The notes: generated by a model from the sequence alone, not told the origin. A stretch of 64,000 bases of DNA from Actinomycetota bacterium (GCA_035249925.1 DATFFR010000014.1:5531-69530); one strand, 5' to 3'; shown: positions 27,071-35,417, counted from the stretch's first letter. A program made the numbers and translations.

Positions 27071-30000
27071 GTGGGGGATGTCGTGCTAGATCGCCATGCG
27101 ACCAGGATCAGTCGTATCCGCCGACGGTGGTGGGCAGTTGCTGTGTGCGTTCTCTTGCTCGTGCCGACCGCACCGGTTCATGCTCAGGGGGCCCCTTCCC
27201 TCTTCGTCGACCGGCAGTTCGACACCATTGACGCGTTTGGATTGACCCCGAACACCACGTTGACGATCGAGATCGATGGGGTTGCAGTCGGCGATCCGCC
27301 CGACACCGATGGCTCAGGCGCAGCTTTCTACAACGCGTTCGACAGCGGCTTTGATCTCGAGCCGGGCACAACGATCAGCGTCTCGGATGGCACGACAACG
27401 ATCGGTTTCACCGTCGCGGACATCAACATCGATCTGGTCGATCCCGATACCGACACCGTGTCGGGAACGGCGCCGCCGAACGCCACTGTGAACCTGAACG
27501 CCAGCGATCAGGGCACCGTCAACGTCGAGACCACCGCTACTGCGGATGGGACGACGGGAGCATGGTCGGCGACGTTCCCCGCCGACGGCGGCGGAACGCT
27601 CGACCTCGGCTGGGACTGGGGTATCAACGCGTCGGTCGCCGATTCACTGGAGCCGACTGCGTCAACGGCCGTTGGCAAGGGAGCGCCTGCGATCGGCGTT
27701 TTTCCGCAGTGGTCGAGCATCAGCGCGAGCGGCTTCCGCGGCGGAGACACCATCACCTTTAGCGTCCTCGATGGGGGCGTTGAGCAGCTGCCCCCCGGCG
27801 GGGAGTCGGCGCTTGCCGATCTGTACGGGATGGCCGACTTCGGTATCCCCGAGGAAGATTGCTGCGGAACCGTGGTTGTGCTCGAGCCCGGCATGGTGGT
27901 ATCGGCGACCGACGGGACTATGACCAAGAGCGTCACGGTCTCCCCGCTGTCGATCGATCGTGTCGATCTCGACCTGGACCGGGTGACGGGTAGCGCGGAT
28001 CCGAGTCAAAGCGTGTCGGTGGAGGTCTTCGATCCGGCACTGGATTTCATGCCACCGACGGTTGTCGTGGCCGATGGTGCCGGATCCACAACGCCGGGCC
28101 GCTGGCAGCTCGACTTCGCCGGCGATATCACCACCTCTTCGACGGTCCATACCAAAGCGCCGGATGCGGACGGCGACTACACGGGACGCGACTTCCACCC
28201 ACCGCGCATCTTCGCGAGTCAGGACCCCAACTGGTGGGGCGGCCTGGTCGTGCGCGCCGAGGAGTTCACTCCGGGCACGCTGGTCACGCTGACGGTCTTG
28301 TCGCCGGGGGGCGACGTGCTCCTCTCGGAGACGGGACCCGTCGAGGGCACCCAGCTCGATCGAAACTTCGGGAACCTCGACGCGGTGCCCGGCATGACCA
28401 TCCGCGTCTCGGACGGCATCTACACGAAGGAGCTCGTGATCGCGAGCGTCACCATCGACAACATCGATCCGAGCTCTGGTGAGGTATCCGGCACTGCGCC
28501 TCCGGGAGCGGCGGTCCATGTCGGGGTCTCCGAAGAAGAAGTCGGCGGAGTTCAGATGATCGTTCACGCGGACGGACTGGGCGAGTGGACAGCGGTATTC
28601 GACGAAGGTTTCGGCATCGATACAGAGGCATTCGCGGGGGTCCTGGACACCGATAACGATATGAATACAGCCGAAAAATTCAGGCGGATCGCGAGCATTG
28701 CAGCGAGCCGTGGCCGACTTGCGGCGGACTTCTATGCCGCAGAGTCACCAATCACCTTCGAGGTCTGGGACGCGCCGGAAGGCGACGGTGGGACTTTGAT
28801 CGACTCGAGCATCCCTCCCGTCACCTCCGACGAGTTTGGCCATGCCGAGTATGCCCCGGGGGTCGCGCTGGCAGGGGGGATGGAGGTGGTCGTCAAAGAT
28901 GACTTCGGGGAGCGCCGCGCCGTACTTCCCGACATCACGATTGACGATGTTGACCCCACATTCGATTCAGCGTCGGGTACGGGGCCCCCCGACTCGACGT
29001 TCGGCGCGGGTAGCCTGTGCGGTCTAACCGAAGGCGAGGTCGCCACGGATGGCAGTGGTGACTGGTCGCTGGTCGACTACGTCTTCGACATCATCCACAC
29101 GGCTCAGGTGTGTAGCCCGTCGTCCATTCCCGGTGTCGACACTCTGTGGACCAGGTCGGTCCCCATCGTCACCGTCGACCCGATCAGCGACCTGATCGTC
29201 GCCGACGGCTTCGACCCCGCAGGACCCGATATCACCTTCGAGATCTTCGATGCTCCCGGTGGGTCGCTTCTCCACAGCGAGAGCGTTACCCCGACCGATT
29301 TCGTGAACGAGAACGGCGTCACGTTCTTCGGACATGCCGAGCTTCCGTTCGCCTCGCATGGTGAGGATCTCGTCCCCGGCATGTTCGTCAGAGCCGCCCA
29401 GGACGCAAACGTCAAAGGACACGAGATCGCGCCCGTGACGGTCGACGTCGCCGATCCGGTGACGAGCGCGGTCCACGGAACCGCGACGGTGCCCACGGGA
29501 TGGGAACTGCTCGTCGCCCTCGACCTGCAGTTCGTGCTGCGGCCCGAGGTCGTCGGGGGAGCGTGGGAGATAACCGACGCCGACCGCACGTTCGACTGCG
29601 GCGAGATCGACCCGTGCCTGTGGCAGATCGAACATGAGGCCATCATCCAGGCGAGTGTCATCGACCCCGACGGCGACCGAACCCTTGTCCCCAAGGGAGC
29701 GGCCGAGCAAGTCACGTGCAACGCGGCCACTTCCTGCACGACCGACGAGTCGCCCCCCGATGGGTCGACAGAATTGGATCCGGTCGAGACCACGGTCACC
29801 AGCCCGAGCGCGGGAACGATCCGGATCGCCGAAGAGCAACTAACCCGTCAGGCTCCCGACACGTTCGCGTTCCTCGGTCAGCAGATCGATATCGACGCGC
29901 CGGATGCAAGTCCCGCTAACCCCTTGCAGATCGTGATCCGACTCGACGCCACGAGGATCCCCAAGGGAAAGACTGCGACGGACCTGCAGATCTATCGCAA

Positions 30001-31138
30001 CGGTACCTATGTCCCAGACTGTGCCGCGGATGTCGGGAGTGGGGCATCGCCCGATCCATGCGTCAGCGCGCGCGAGCGGCTGGGCGACGGCGACGCGCAA
30101 CTAACAGTGCGGTCGTCCCAGGCAAGCGACTGGAACGCGGGGGCCTCCACTGATGCCCGGGCTCCGACCCTCGATACCGCTTCGTTCAGCGTCAACCCGA
30201 AGACGCGCTCTCAGGCCACCGTGCTCTCTGCTACCGCGTCCGACGGATTGTCCGGTGTCGGCGGTGGGGAGTTCTTCGTCGGAACCGACCCAGGCCAGGG
30301 GCAGGGCCAGCAGATGGTTTTGTCCGGCAGCTCGCTCGAAGGAACGATCGGCACGCTTGATCCGGGTACCTACGACGTAGGAGTCCGCGCCCGTGACAAG
30401 GCCGGCAACTGGAGCGGGGTTACCACGCTGTCGCTGACCGTAGAGCCGGATCCGGCCGGGAGCGGTGGCGGAGGCACGGTCACGTCGCCATCGCCATCGC
30501 CATCGCCGTCGCCCAGTCCGTCGCCGTCCGCAACGTCCTCGCCTACTCCGAGCCCATCGCCGACCGAGGTTCCTCCGATCGATCCATCGTGTGATCAACC
30601 CGAGGTCGTCTGCGGCACCGACGGCAACGACGTGCTCGTCGGCACCGAGGGAGCCGACGTCATCATCGGCGGCGGCGGCAACGACATGATCACTGGCGGC
30701 GGAGGGGACGATGTCTGCATCGGCGGAGGGGGCGACGACACGATCGACTGTGGCGGCGGCAACGACCTGATCCGAGGCGGCTCCGGCAACGACGAGCTAG
30801 AGAGCACGTCCGGCGACGACATCATCCGAGGGGGATCCGGTAATGACGCGCTGGCGGGCGGCGCGGACGACGACGTCCTGAACGGCGGGCCAGGATTAGA
30901 CGTCCTTAGAGGCGGACATGGCGCAGATCGACTCCTCAGTGGCTTGCGTGCGGATCTCCTCATGGGAGGAGAGGGTGACGATCTCATGGTTGGTGGGGGA
31001 GGCCGCGATGTCATGCGCGGCGGGAGAGGCAACGACAGGTTCCGAGCCCGTGACGGCTTCGCCGACGAGATCAGGGGAGGCCGTGGACGCGACCTAGCGC
31101 GGGTTGACAGGAAGGACGAGGTCTTCTCGGTTCCCTAA
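27071..31138 (+). CDS. Giant secreted repeat protein with C-terminal RTX-like calcium-binding block
   Basis: About 1355 aa from the GTG at 27071 (alternative 27083). The signal sequence is RISRIRRRWWAVAVCVLLLVPTAPVHA. Five tandem modules follow, then an Ig-like domain (ASDGLSGVGGGEFFVG...ARDKAGNWS), a (SP)n linker, and about 180 aa of GGxGxD repeats (GTDGNDVLVGTEGADVIIGGGGNDMITGGGGDD...). The track ORF start at 26753 overlaps the LuxR-type gene and is rejected. Confidence 0.85.
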   Translation: MGDVVLDRHATRISRIRRRWWAVAVCVLLLVPTAPVHAQGAPSLFVDRQFDTIDAFGLTPNTTLTIEIDGVAVGDPPDTDGSGAAFYNAFDSGFDLEPGTTISVSDGTTTIGFTVADINIDLVDPDTDTVSGTAPPNATVNLNASDQGTVNVETTATADGTTGAWSATFPADGGGTLDLGWDWGINASVADSLEPTASTAVGKGAPAIGVFPQWSSISASGFRGGDTITFSVLDGGVEQLPPGGESALADLYGMADFGIPEEDCCGTVVVLEPGMVVSATDGTMTKSVTVSPLSIDRVDLDLDRVTGSADPSQSVSVEVFDPALDFMPPTVVVADGAGSTTPGRWQLDFAGDITTSSTVHTKAPDADGDYTGRDFHPPRIFASQDPNWWGGLVVRAEEFTPGTLVTLTVLSPGGDVLLSETGPVEGTQLDRNFGNLDAVPGMTIRVSDGIYTKELVIASVTIDNIDPSSGEVSGTAPPGAAVHVGVSEEEVGGVQMIVHADGLGEWTAVFDEGFGIDTEAFAGVLDTDNDMNTAEKFRRIASIAASRGRLAADFYAAESPITFEVWDAPEGDGGTLIDSSIPPVTSDEFGHAEYAPGVALAGGMEVVVKDDFGERRAVLPDITIDDVDPTFDSASGTGPPDSTFGAGSLCGLTEGEVATDGSGDWSLVDYVFDIIHTAQVCSPSSIPGVDTLWTRSVPIVTVDPISDLIVADGFDPAGPDITFEIFDAPGGSLLHSESVTPTDFVNENGVTFFGHAELPFASHGEDLVPGMFVRAAQDANVKGHEIAPVTVDVADPVTSAVHGTATVPTGWELLVALDLQFVLRPEVVGGAWEITDADRTFDCGEIDPCLWQIEHEAIIQASVIDPDGDRTLVPKGAAEQVTCNAATSCTTDESPPDGSTELDPVETTVTSPSAGTIRIAEEQLTRQAPDTFAFLGQQIDIDAPDASPANPLQIVIRLDATRIPKGKTATDLQIYRNGTYVPDCAADVGSGASPDPCVSARERLGDGDAQLTVRSSQASDWNAGASTDARAPTLDTASFSVNPKTRSQATVLSATASDGLSGVGGGEFFVGTDPGQGQGQQMVLSGSSLEGTIGTLDPGTYDVGVRARDKAGNWSGVTTLSLTVEPDPAGSGGGGTVTSPSPSPSPSPSPSPSATSSPTPSPSPTEVPPIDPSCDQPEVVCGTDGNDVLVGTEGADVIIGGGGNDMITGGGGDDVCIGGGGDDTIDCGGGNDLIRGGSGNDELESTSGDDIIRGGSGNDALAGGADDDVLNGGPGLDVLRGGHGADRLLSGLRADLLMGGEGDDLMVGGGGRDVMRGGRGNDRFRARDGFADEIRGGRGRDLARVDRKDEVFSVP
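27190..29560 (+). repeat. Five tandem ~160-175-aa protein modules inside the giant gene
   Basis: The core motif recurs at 27352, 27880, 28381, 28868 and 29369: LEPGTTISVSDG..ADINIDLVDPDTDTVSGTAPP / LEPGMVVSATDG..SPLSIDRVDLDLDRVTGSADP / AVPGMTIRVSDG..ASVTIDNIDPSSGEVSGTAPP / LAGGMEVVVKDD..PDITIDDVDPTFDSASGTGPP / LVPGMFVRAAQD..APVTVDVADPVTSAVHGTATV. Confidence 0.65.
30485..30529 (+). repeat. Imperfect hexanucleotide microsatellite (TCGCCN)n encoding (Ser-Pro)n
   Basis: tcgcca tcgcca tcgcca tcgccg tcgccc agtccg tcgccg tcc encodes SPSPSPSPSPSPSPS. Confidence 0.8.
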
Positions 31139-31338
31139 CCTCGTGAACGACGTGGTCGTAAATGGTCCAAAAAAGGCGGATCCTGCAGAGTGGACCCAGA
31201 GGGATCGAACCCCGATAGCCACAGCCGGCATGGCTCCCAACGAGGCTCTCGGCGAGATCGTCACAGCGCCCTCAGGCTCTGATGTTCGATGTGCTTAACT
31301 GTTGAAATTGGGCACCCAGGGGGACGAACGAGCCTCGT

Positions 31339-32682
31339 GTGATGGAGACTGGCTCGACGACTGGAGGCGCGATCATGGTCGACACCACCAACGCGGATCC
31401 GCTCGAGGACTTGTTCGATTTTCCCCTTCTCGAGGCGCTGTATGGGAGGCGTGCCCGCCGGTTCGGTCTGGGTATGGAGATCCCCTCGGGCCCCCTGGCT
31501 TTCAAGTCGAGTTCTGAACCCGCGCCGTTGACCGAACTCGAGCATGCGGTGCTCGTCGCCGCCGGAACCGGAGTCACCGGGTGGAATTTCGGCGTGCCGT
31601 TCGGCCCGGATCGTCCGGATTCTCATGCCCACTACACGCAACGGTTCACCGGTCGGACGGCACCCACCGCCGCCGGCTTCGGCACCCCCGTGCTGTTCCA
31701 CACCGACGACAGCGGCACGTACCTCACCAATACCCGCGACATCAAGCCGACGGCCGTCCGGGAGCTGGACGAGGGGACCGACGACATCCAACGAATCCTG
31801 GAAGTGGGCCGCGAATGCACCACCCAGTTGTCCCATCAGAGGCTCGATCTACCGGCTCAGCCACCGCACATGCTCCCGCCCAATCTGTGGATGGCGAATG
31901 CACCCGGTTCAACCCTGTTCATGCCCGTCGGCGACGCGAGTGAGCAAGTGCTGGGGTTCCTGACCATGGTCATCGGCAACGGCAACCTCATCGTGGATGA
32001 CCAGGCGGGCCGTCCCGCCGGTGACCTTGCCCCCTTCGTCCGCAGCGGGCTGCTCGACGATTCCAAGGTCTCACCACTCTCGGTGCTGCAGCAGATGGCC
32101 TACGAGGCCAACACGGCCGAACTCAGTTTCATGGCTCACAACATCGTGCTGACGATGCAAGCGATGGGCCTCGGTGGGCTGTTCCTCAACGGGATCAACC
32201 GATGGAGTGTCCTGGGGGCTTTTTCCGACGACGGCATCGCCGGACTGGGGTTCCGGTTCGTAGAGGACGAACGCTGGACTCTGCCCAACCCCGTCGGTCT
32301 TGACGGCATCTACGAGGCGTTGTGCCCGCCCTACCAGCCCGATATGCGGACCGCTGCGCGTGTGTTCGCCGAGCGCAAGTTCGGCCCAGGCGGCACGTAC
32401 GACCCTTCGACTCCGGGCCCCTGGAAGGATGCTGCTGCGATAAAGGGAGGTGTCGAGCCGTACAGCGATGAGTTCGTTGCGTGCTTGGGCGAGGTCGCCC
32501 AGTACATCTACGACGCGTATGGTCGCTTCCCCTCGACCTTCACCACGATGGTTCTCACCGGGTATGTGCAGGCCGTACACATCGACACCGATTACTACGA
32601 CGCCCACTTCCAACCGGGCGCGTACCTGCCGACCCACAGCGAACACTGGGAGCGATGGCACCCCCGCCGCGACGGCAGCTGA
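31339..32682 (+). CDS. Hypothetical protein, possible nitroreductase-superfamily fold
   Basis: 447 aa. LEALYGRRARRFGLG...LTELEHAVLVAAGTG resembles the N-terminal RRS.R.F / helix motif of FMN nitroreductases, and AHNIVLTMQAMGLGG resembles the C-terminal N..LaA.alGLG motif. Possible starts are GTG 31339, ATG 31342 and ATG 31375. Confidence 0.65.
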   Translation: MMETGSTTGGAIMVDTTNADPLEDLFDFPLLEALYGRRARRFGLGMEIPSGPLAFKSSSEPAPLTELEHAVLVAAGTGVTGWNFGVPFGPDRPDSHAHYTQRFTGRTAPTAAGFGTPVLFHTDDSGTYLTNTRDIKPTAVRELDEGTDDIQRILEVGRECTTQLSHQRLDLPAQPPHMLPPNLWMANAPGSTLFMPVGDASEQVLGFLTMVIGNGNLIVDDQAGRPAGDLAPFVRSGLLDDSKVSPLSVLQQMAYEANTAELSFMAHNIVLTMQAMGLGGLFLNGINRWSVLGAFSDDGIAGLGFRFVEDERWTLPNPVGLDGIYEALCPPYQPDMRTAARVFAERKFGPGGTYDPSTPGPWKDAAAIKGGVEPYSDEFVACLGEVAQYIYDAYGRFPSTFTTMVLTGYVQAVHIDTDYYDAHFQPGAYLPTHSEHWERWHPRRDGS

Positions 32683-32811
32683 CGCAAACGCTTCGTCGGT
32701 CGCCATTGGCACATGGCACCGCAGACGGTCGGCGCTAGTCGCGAGCCGGCCCTGGACCGGGCCTCCCCTCCCTAACCAACCGTCGGCGGCACCCGGCGAT
32801 GGGTGGCTCGC

Positions 32812-34113
32812 TCAGAAGTCAAAATCGCTCGGGCAGCCGATGTCCCCGGCGAAGTTGCCGGTGACCGTGCCGGGATGCTCCCCTTGAAGCAGGGAGACCG
32901 AGGGTGGGCCGGCGCACAAGATGCCCCAGCCGCCGTTGTCGACGATCTCGTTCGTCCCATCGCCGAACTCGGCCACGCTCGTCCCCGAGAGAAAGATGCC
33001 GTGGTCGGTGTTGTTGCGAACGATCACGCCGTTCTGCATGCTCAGAGACGAGACGCCCTCGAGATGCACGCCGACGCCCGTGTTGTCTTCGACGATCACG
33101 CCCTCCTGGATGAGCACGGCGCCGCCGTTGCTCGCGGAAACCCCGCCGTGGTTCCCCGCGACCCGTGCTCCATCGTTTAGCGAGACCAAGCCGCCCTCGC
33201 CGGCGTGGAGGCCGTCGAAGGTGCTGCCGGTGATCTCCGTGCCCGTCCCCTTCAGGAAAATGCTCCCACCGAAGGCGAAGGCGCCGATGTGGCCCGCGTT
33301 CGAGATGGTCGTTCCGTCCAGCATGGCTACCGAGCCGCCAAAGTCTGAGCTGATGCCCATACGCGTTGTGTCGGCGATGGCGACGCCGAAAAGGCTGACG
33401 CCGGATCCGTTCTGGGCCCCGACGCCTAGAACACAGTTGGAGATCGAACCTCCCCCGACGCTCACGCTCGCTCCGTCGCCTGCGCTGATGCCTTCCTCGC
33501 AGGAATCGATGACAAGCTGATGGAGGGACCCTGCTGCGCCGCTCAGCTGGACGGCGGTGCCGGTCCCGGTGATGTGGAGCTCCCGGGCGTCAAACGATGC
33601 GCCAGGTTGCCCAATCAAGCCCTGGGCGCCCCCGCTCAATGTCAGCCCGTCCACAACGATGCGCGTCCCCTTCAGGTGGAGGATGCCGTCATCCGGTGAA
33701 GGGGCGAGCAGCGTCCCGCCTTCCGGAGCGGCGATGAGAGCGACGTCGTCGCGCTGGATGCCCACCGACTCCGTGCACGATCCCAGGACGGTGATCTGCA
33801 CCGACGGAGCGAAAGCGGTGTCCGCCAGCGCCTGTCCCACGGTGTCGCCCGCGGCGCAGTCGACAAGGACGGACGCCGGCTCGGGGAGCACCCCCTGCGC
33901 GTTCCAGTCGAGGGCTGTCTCGTTGGGCCGGCAGGTCCCGTCGGCTGCGATGATGCGGACGGTGCCGCCGCTCGCCACGCAGGAGTGGATGATGCCGGGC
34001 TCGACGTTTCCGACGTGGCCCAGGGCGAGCGCCGACATTGTCAGAGAGAGTCCTATTGCGAGCGTCACCCCGAGCGCGGTCGCTTTCGTGCTGCTTGCCG
34101 ATATGCGAGCCAT
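32812..34113 (-). CDS. Secreted right-handed beta-helix repeat protein
   Basis: 433 aa with a signal peptide (GVTLAIGLSLTMSALALG). The N-terminus carries a Cys-containing motif (IIHSCVASGGTVRIIAADGTCRPNETALDWN). About 300 aa of Gly/Ser/Val-rich repeats with a period of roughly 22-25 aa follow, as expected for parallel beta-helix proteins. Confidence 0.75.
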   Translation of the reverse strand: MARISASSTKATALGVTLAIGLSLTMSALALGHVGNVEPGIIHSCVASGGTVRIIAADGTCRPNETALDWNAQGVLPEPASVLVDCAAGDTVGQALADTAFAPSVQITVLGSCTESVGIQRDDVALIAAPEGGTLLAPSPDDGILHLKGTRIVVDGLTLSGGAQGLIGQPGASFDARELHITGTGTAVQLSGAAGSLHQLVIDSCEEGISAGDGASVSVGGGSISNCVLGVGAQNGSGVSLFGVAIADTTRMGISSDFGGSVAMLDGTTISNAGHIGAFAFGGSIFLKGTGTEITGSTFDGLHAGEGGLVSLNDGARVAGNHGGVSASNGGAVLIQEGVIVEDNTGVGVHLEGVSSLSMQNGVIVRNNTDHGIFLSGTSVAEFGDGTNEIVDNGGWGILCAGPPSVSLLQGEHPGTVTGNFAGDIGCPSDFDF

Positions 34114-34374
34114 GTCGTCCTCCAGATCCCCTAGCGCCGGCTGATTGCTCCCTCGTCCCCTTGCTGATTCCGACGACCTTTCGCCTTCCGATGAGCGTTT
34201 TCTAAGGCTGCATCAGTGGGCCTCCCCGCAATAGAGGGAACAGCGGCCAAGGTTGTGGCCGCACCCGGTCGAGTTCACGACTCTTCCTCTGACTGGGATA
34301 AGAGACGCCGTCCATCGCACGAACCCCGTGCGAGCGGCGAAGACTGCCGCCTCGATGCGATCGGCGGGTTCGGA

Positions 34375-34425
34375 AGTGGACCAGAGGAGATTCGAACTCC
34401 TGACCTCACCCGTGCGAGCAGTGCG
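34375..34425 (-). repeat. Duplicated 3' half of tRNA-Ala(CGC) (att-like direct repeat)
   Basis: 34375-34418 is identical (44/44) to 35998-36041, which spans the tRNA 3' end, T-arm, variable loop and 3' side of the anticodon stem. Extended to 34425/36048, the identity is 49/51. Confidence 0.85.
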
Positions 34426-34556
34426 AAGCCGCTTTACGAAGACTTACGTCAGTGCACGACCGTGACCATCTGGGCAGGTCACGCTGCTCTTTCAGTTCAC
34501 GCCTATAACCGGAGACTTCCGCCAATCTCCGTGGGTGATGTTGGGAGTCTGTTGGG

Positions 34557-34853
34557 TTAGACGGCTCGGGCGGTGCGGTTTCTCTTGCCCCCGTAGCGCT
34601 GTCGGGCGGCCTCGCCTGATGTGCCGAGCATCGCCCCGATCGCGGTCCACGAATGACCATCGTCCCTGGCTCTTGCCACCACTTCTACGAGCTTGGCTTC
34701 AGCCCGAGCACGCGACAAGGCGGCACGATGCAGCGCGGCCAAAGAACGCGCGCGGGCACGATCCTTGGTTCCAGGTTCAAACCTCTCGAATTGCTCGGCG
34801 AGCCCTTCGGCTTGCTCGATGATTTCGTAAACACTGCGTGGCATCCTCATCAC
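34557..34853 (-). CDS. Putative antitoxin-like HTH protein
   Basis: 98 aa with the C-terminal motif DGHSWTAIGAMLGTSGEAARQRYGG (HTH-like). Its ATG overlaps the upstream gene's stop (ATGA). Confidence 0.55.
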   Translation of the reverse strand: MMRMPRSVYEIIEQAEGLAEQFERFEPGTKDRARARSLAALHRAALSRARAEAKLVEVVARARDDGHSWTAIGAMLGTSGEAARQRYGGKRNRTARAV

Positions 34854-35083
34854 CTCAGAAACCTAGGCCGCGCCTCCATGGCGTGGACAATCACCGGTGT
34901 TCCCTCTTCGCTCTGGACGACTCCGATCTCGAGGGGCGCTCCGGTCCGAGCGGGGCCCACCAGCATGATCAAGCCTTCTTCCAGAGCGTATGCATGCATA
35001 GCGTTCCGATAGGCATGAAGCAAGTCCTCGTCCTCGATTCCATGCTTCCGGGCGCTCGAGGCGATCACCGGCTCGGGCGTCAC
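34850..35083 (-). CDS. Putative small toxin-like protein (ARKHGI...HAMEARP family)
   Basis: 77 aa. ASSARKHGIEDEDLLHAYRNA...LMLVGPARTGAPLEIGVV...VIVHAMEARPRF is a pattern I recall from small actinobacterial proteins paired with HTH partners. The family name is not certain. Confidence 0.55.
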   Translation of the reverse strand: MTPEPVIASSARKHGIEDEDLLHAYRNAMHAYALEEGLIMLVGPARTGAPLEIGVVQSEEGTPVIVHAMEARPRFLR

Positions 35084-35135
35084 GAATACAAGGTACCTTG
35101 CAGCACGGAGGATCGCAAGTTACCTTGTCCAGGAT

Positions 35136-35417
35136 CTAGCTCTCGCCCAAGACTTCGGTGAGACGGGCGGAGAGCAGAACGAAGGCATCCGCTCGCCGTT
35201 GGGCAGGTGTTCGGGTGTGAACGGCTCTCCGGGCTACATCCTCGTCGAGGAGCTCTTGCTCAATCGTCTCGATGGCTCTGTGCAGCGGGCCGCCCAAGTC
35301 GCGTTCGAGTTTTGCGGAAACCTCGACCATGCCGGCCTTCTTCCGCCACTTCAACTGGAGGAATGCTTCCCGCAAAACGTCGGCTGACTCGCCGGCAACG
35401 GTTTTCCTGTCCATCAC
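35136..35417 (-). pseudogene. Possible fragment of a DUF222/HNH-endonuclease-family gene
   Basis: 93 aa. HTRTPAQRRADAFVLL resembles the RT.GQR.ADALV motif of DUF222 (13E12-type) proteins, which are normally over 400 aa. No HNH part is present. Confidence 0.35.

Noticed and set aside
2686-31138. Type I secretion system (ABC/MFP/OMP) associated with the two RTX-like proteins
   Set aside because: No such genes are adjacent to either RTX-like gene. The only ABC fragment (1-140) is about 2.5 kb away on the other side of unrelated genes, and both proteins have N-terminal signal peptides.
31190-31267. Complete tRNA gene on the minus strand
   Set aside because: Only the T-arm/acceptor-3'/CCA-like part is present. 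No complementary 5' acceptor strand, D-arm or anticodon arm can be drawn from the upstream 45 nt. It is kept only as a possible fragment.
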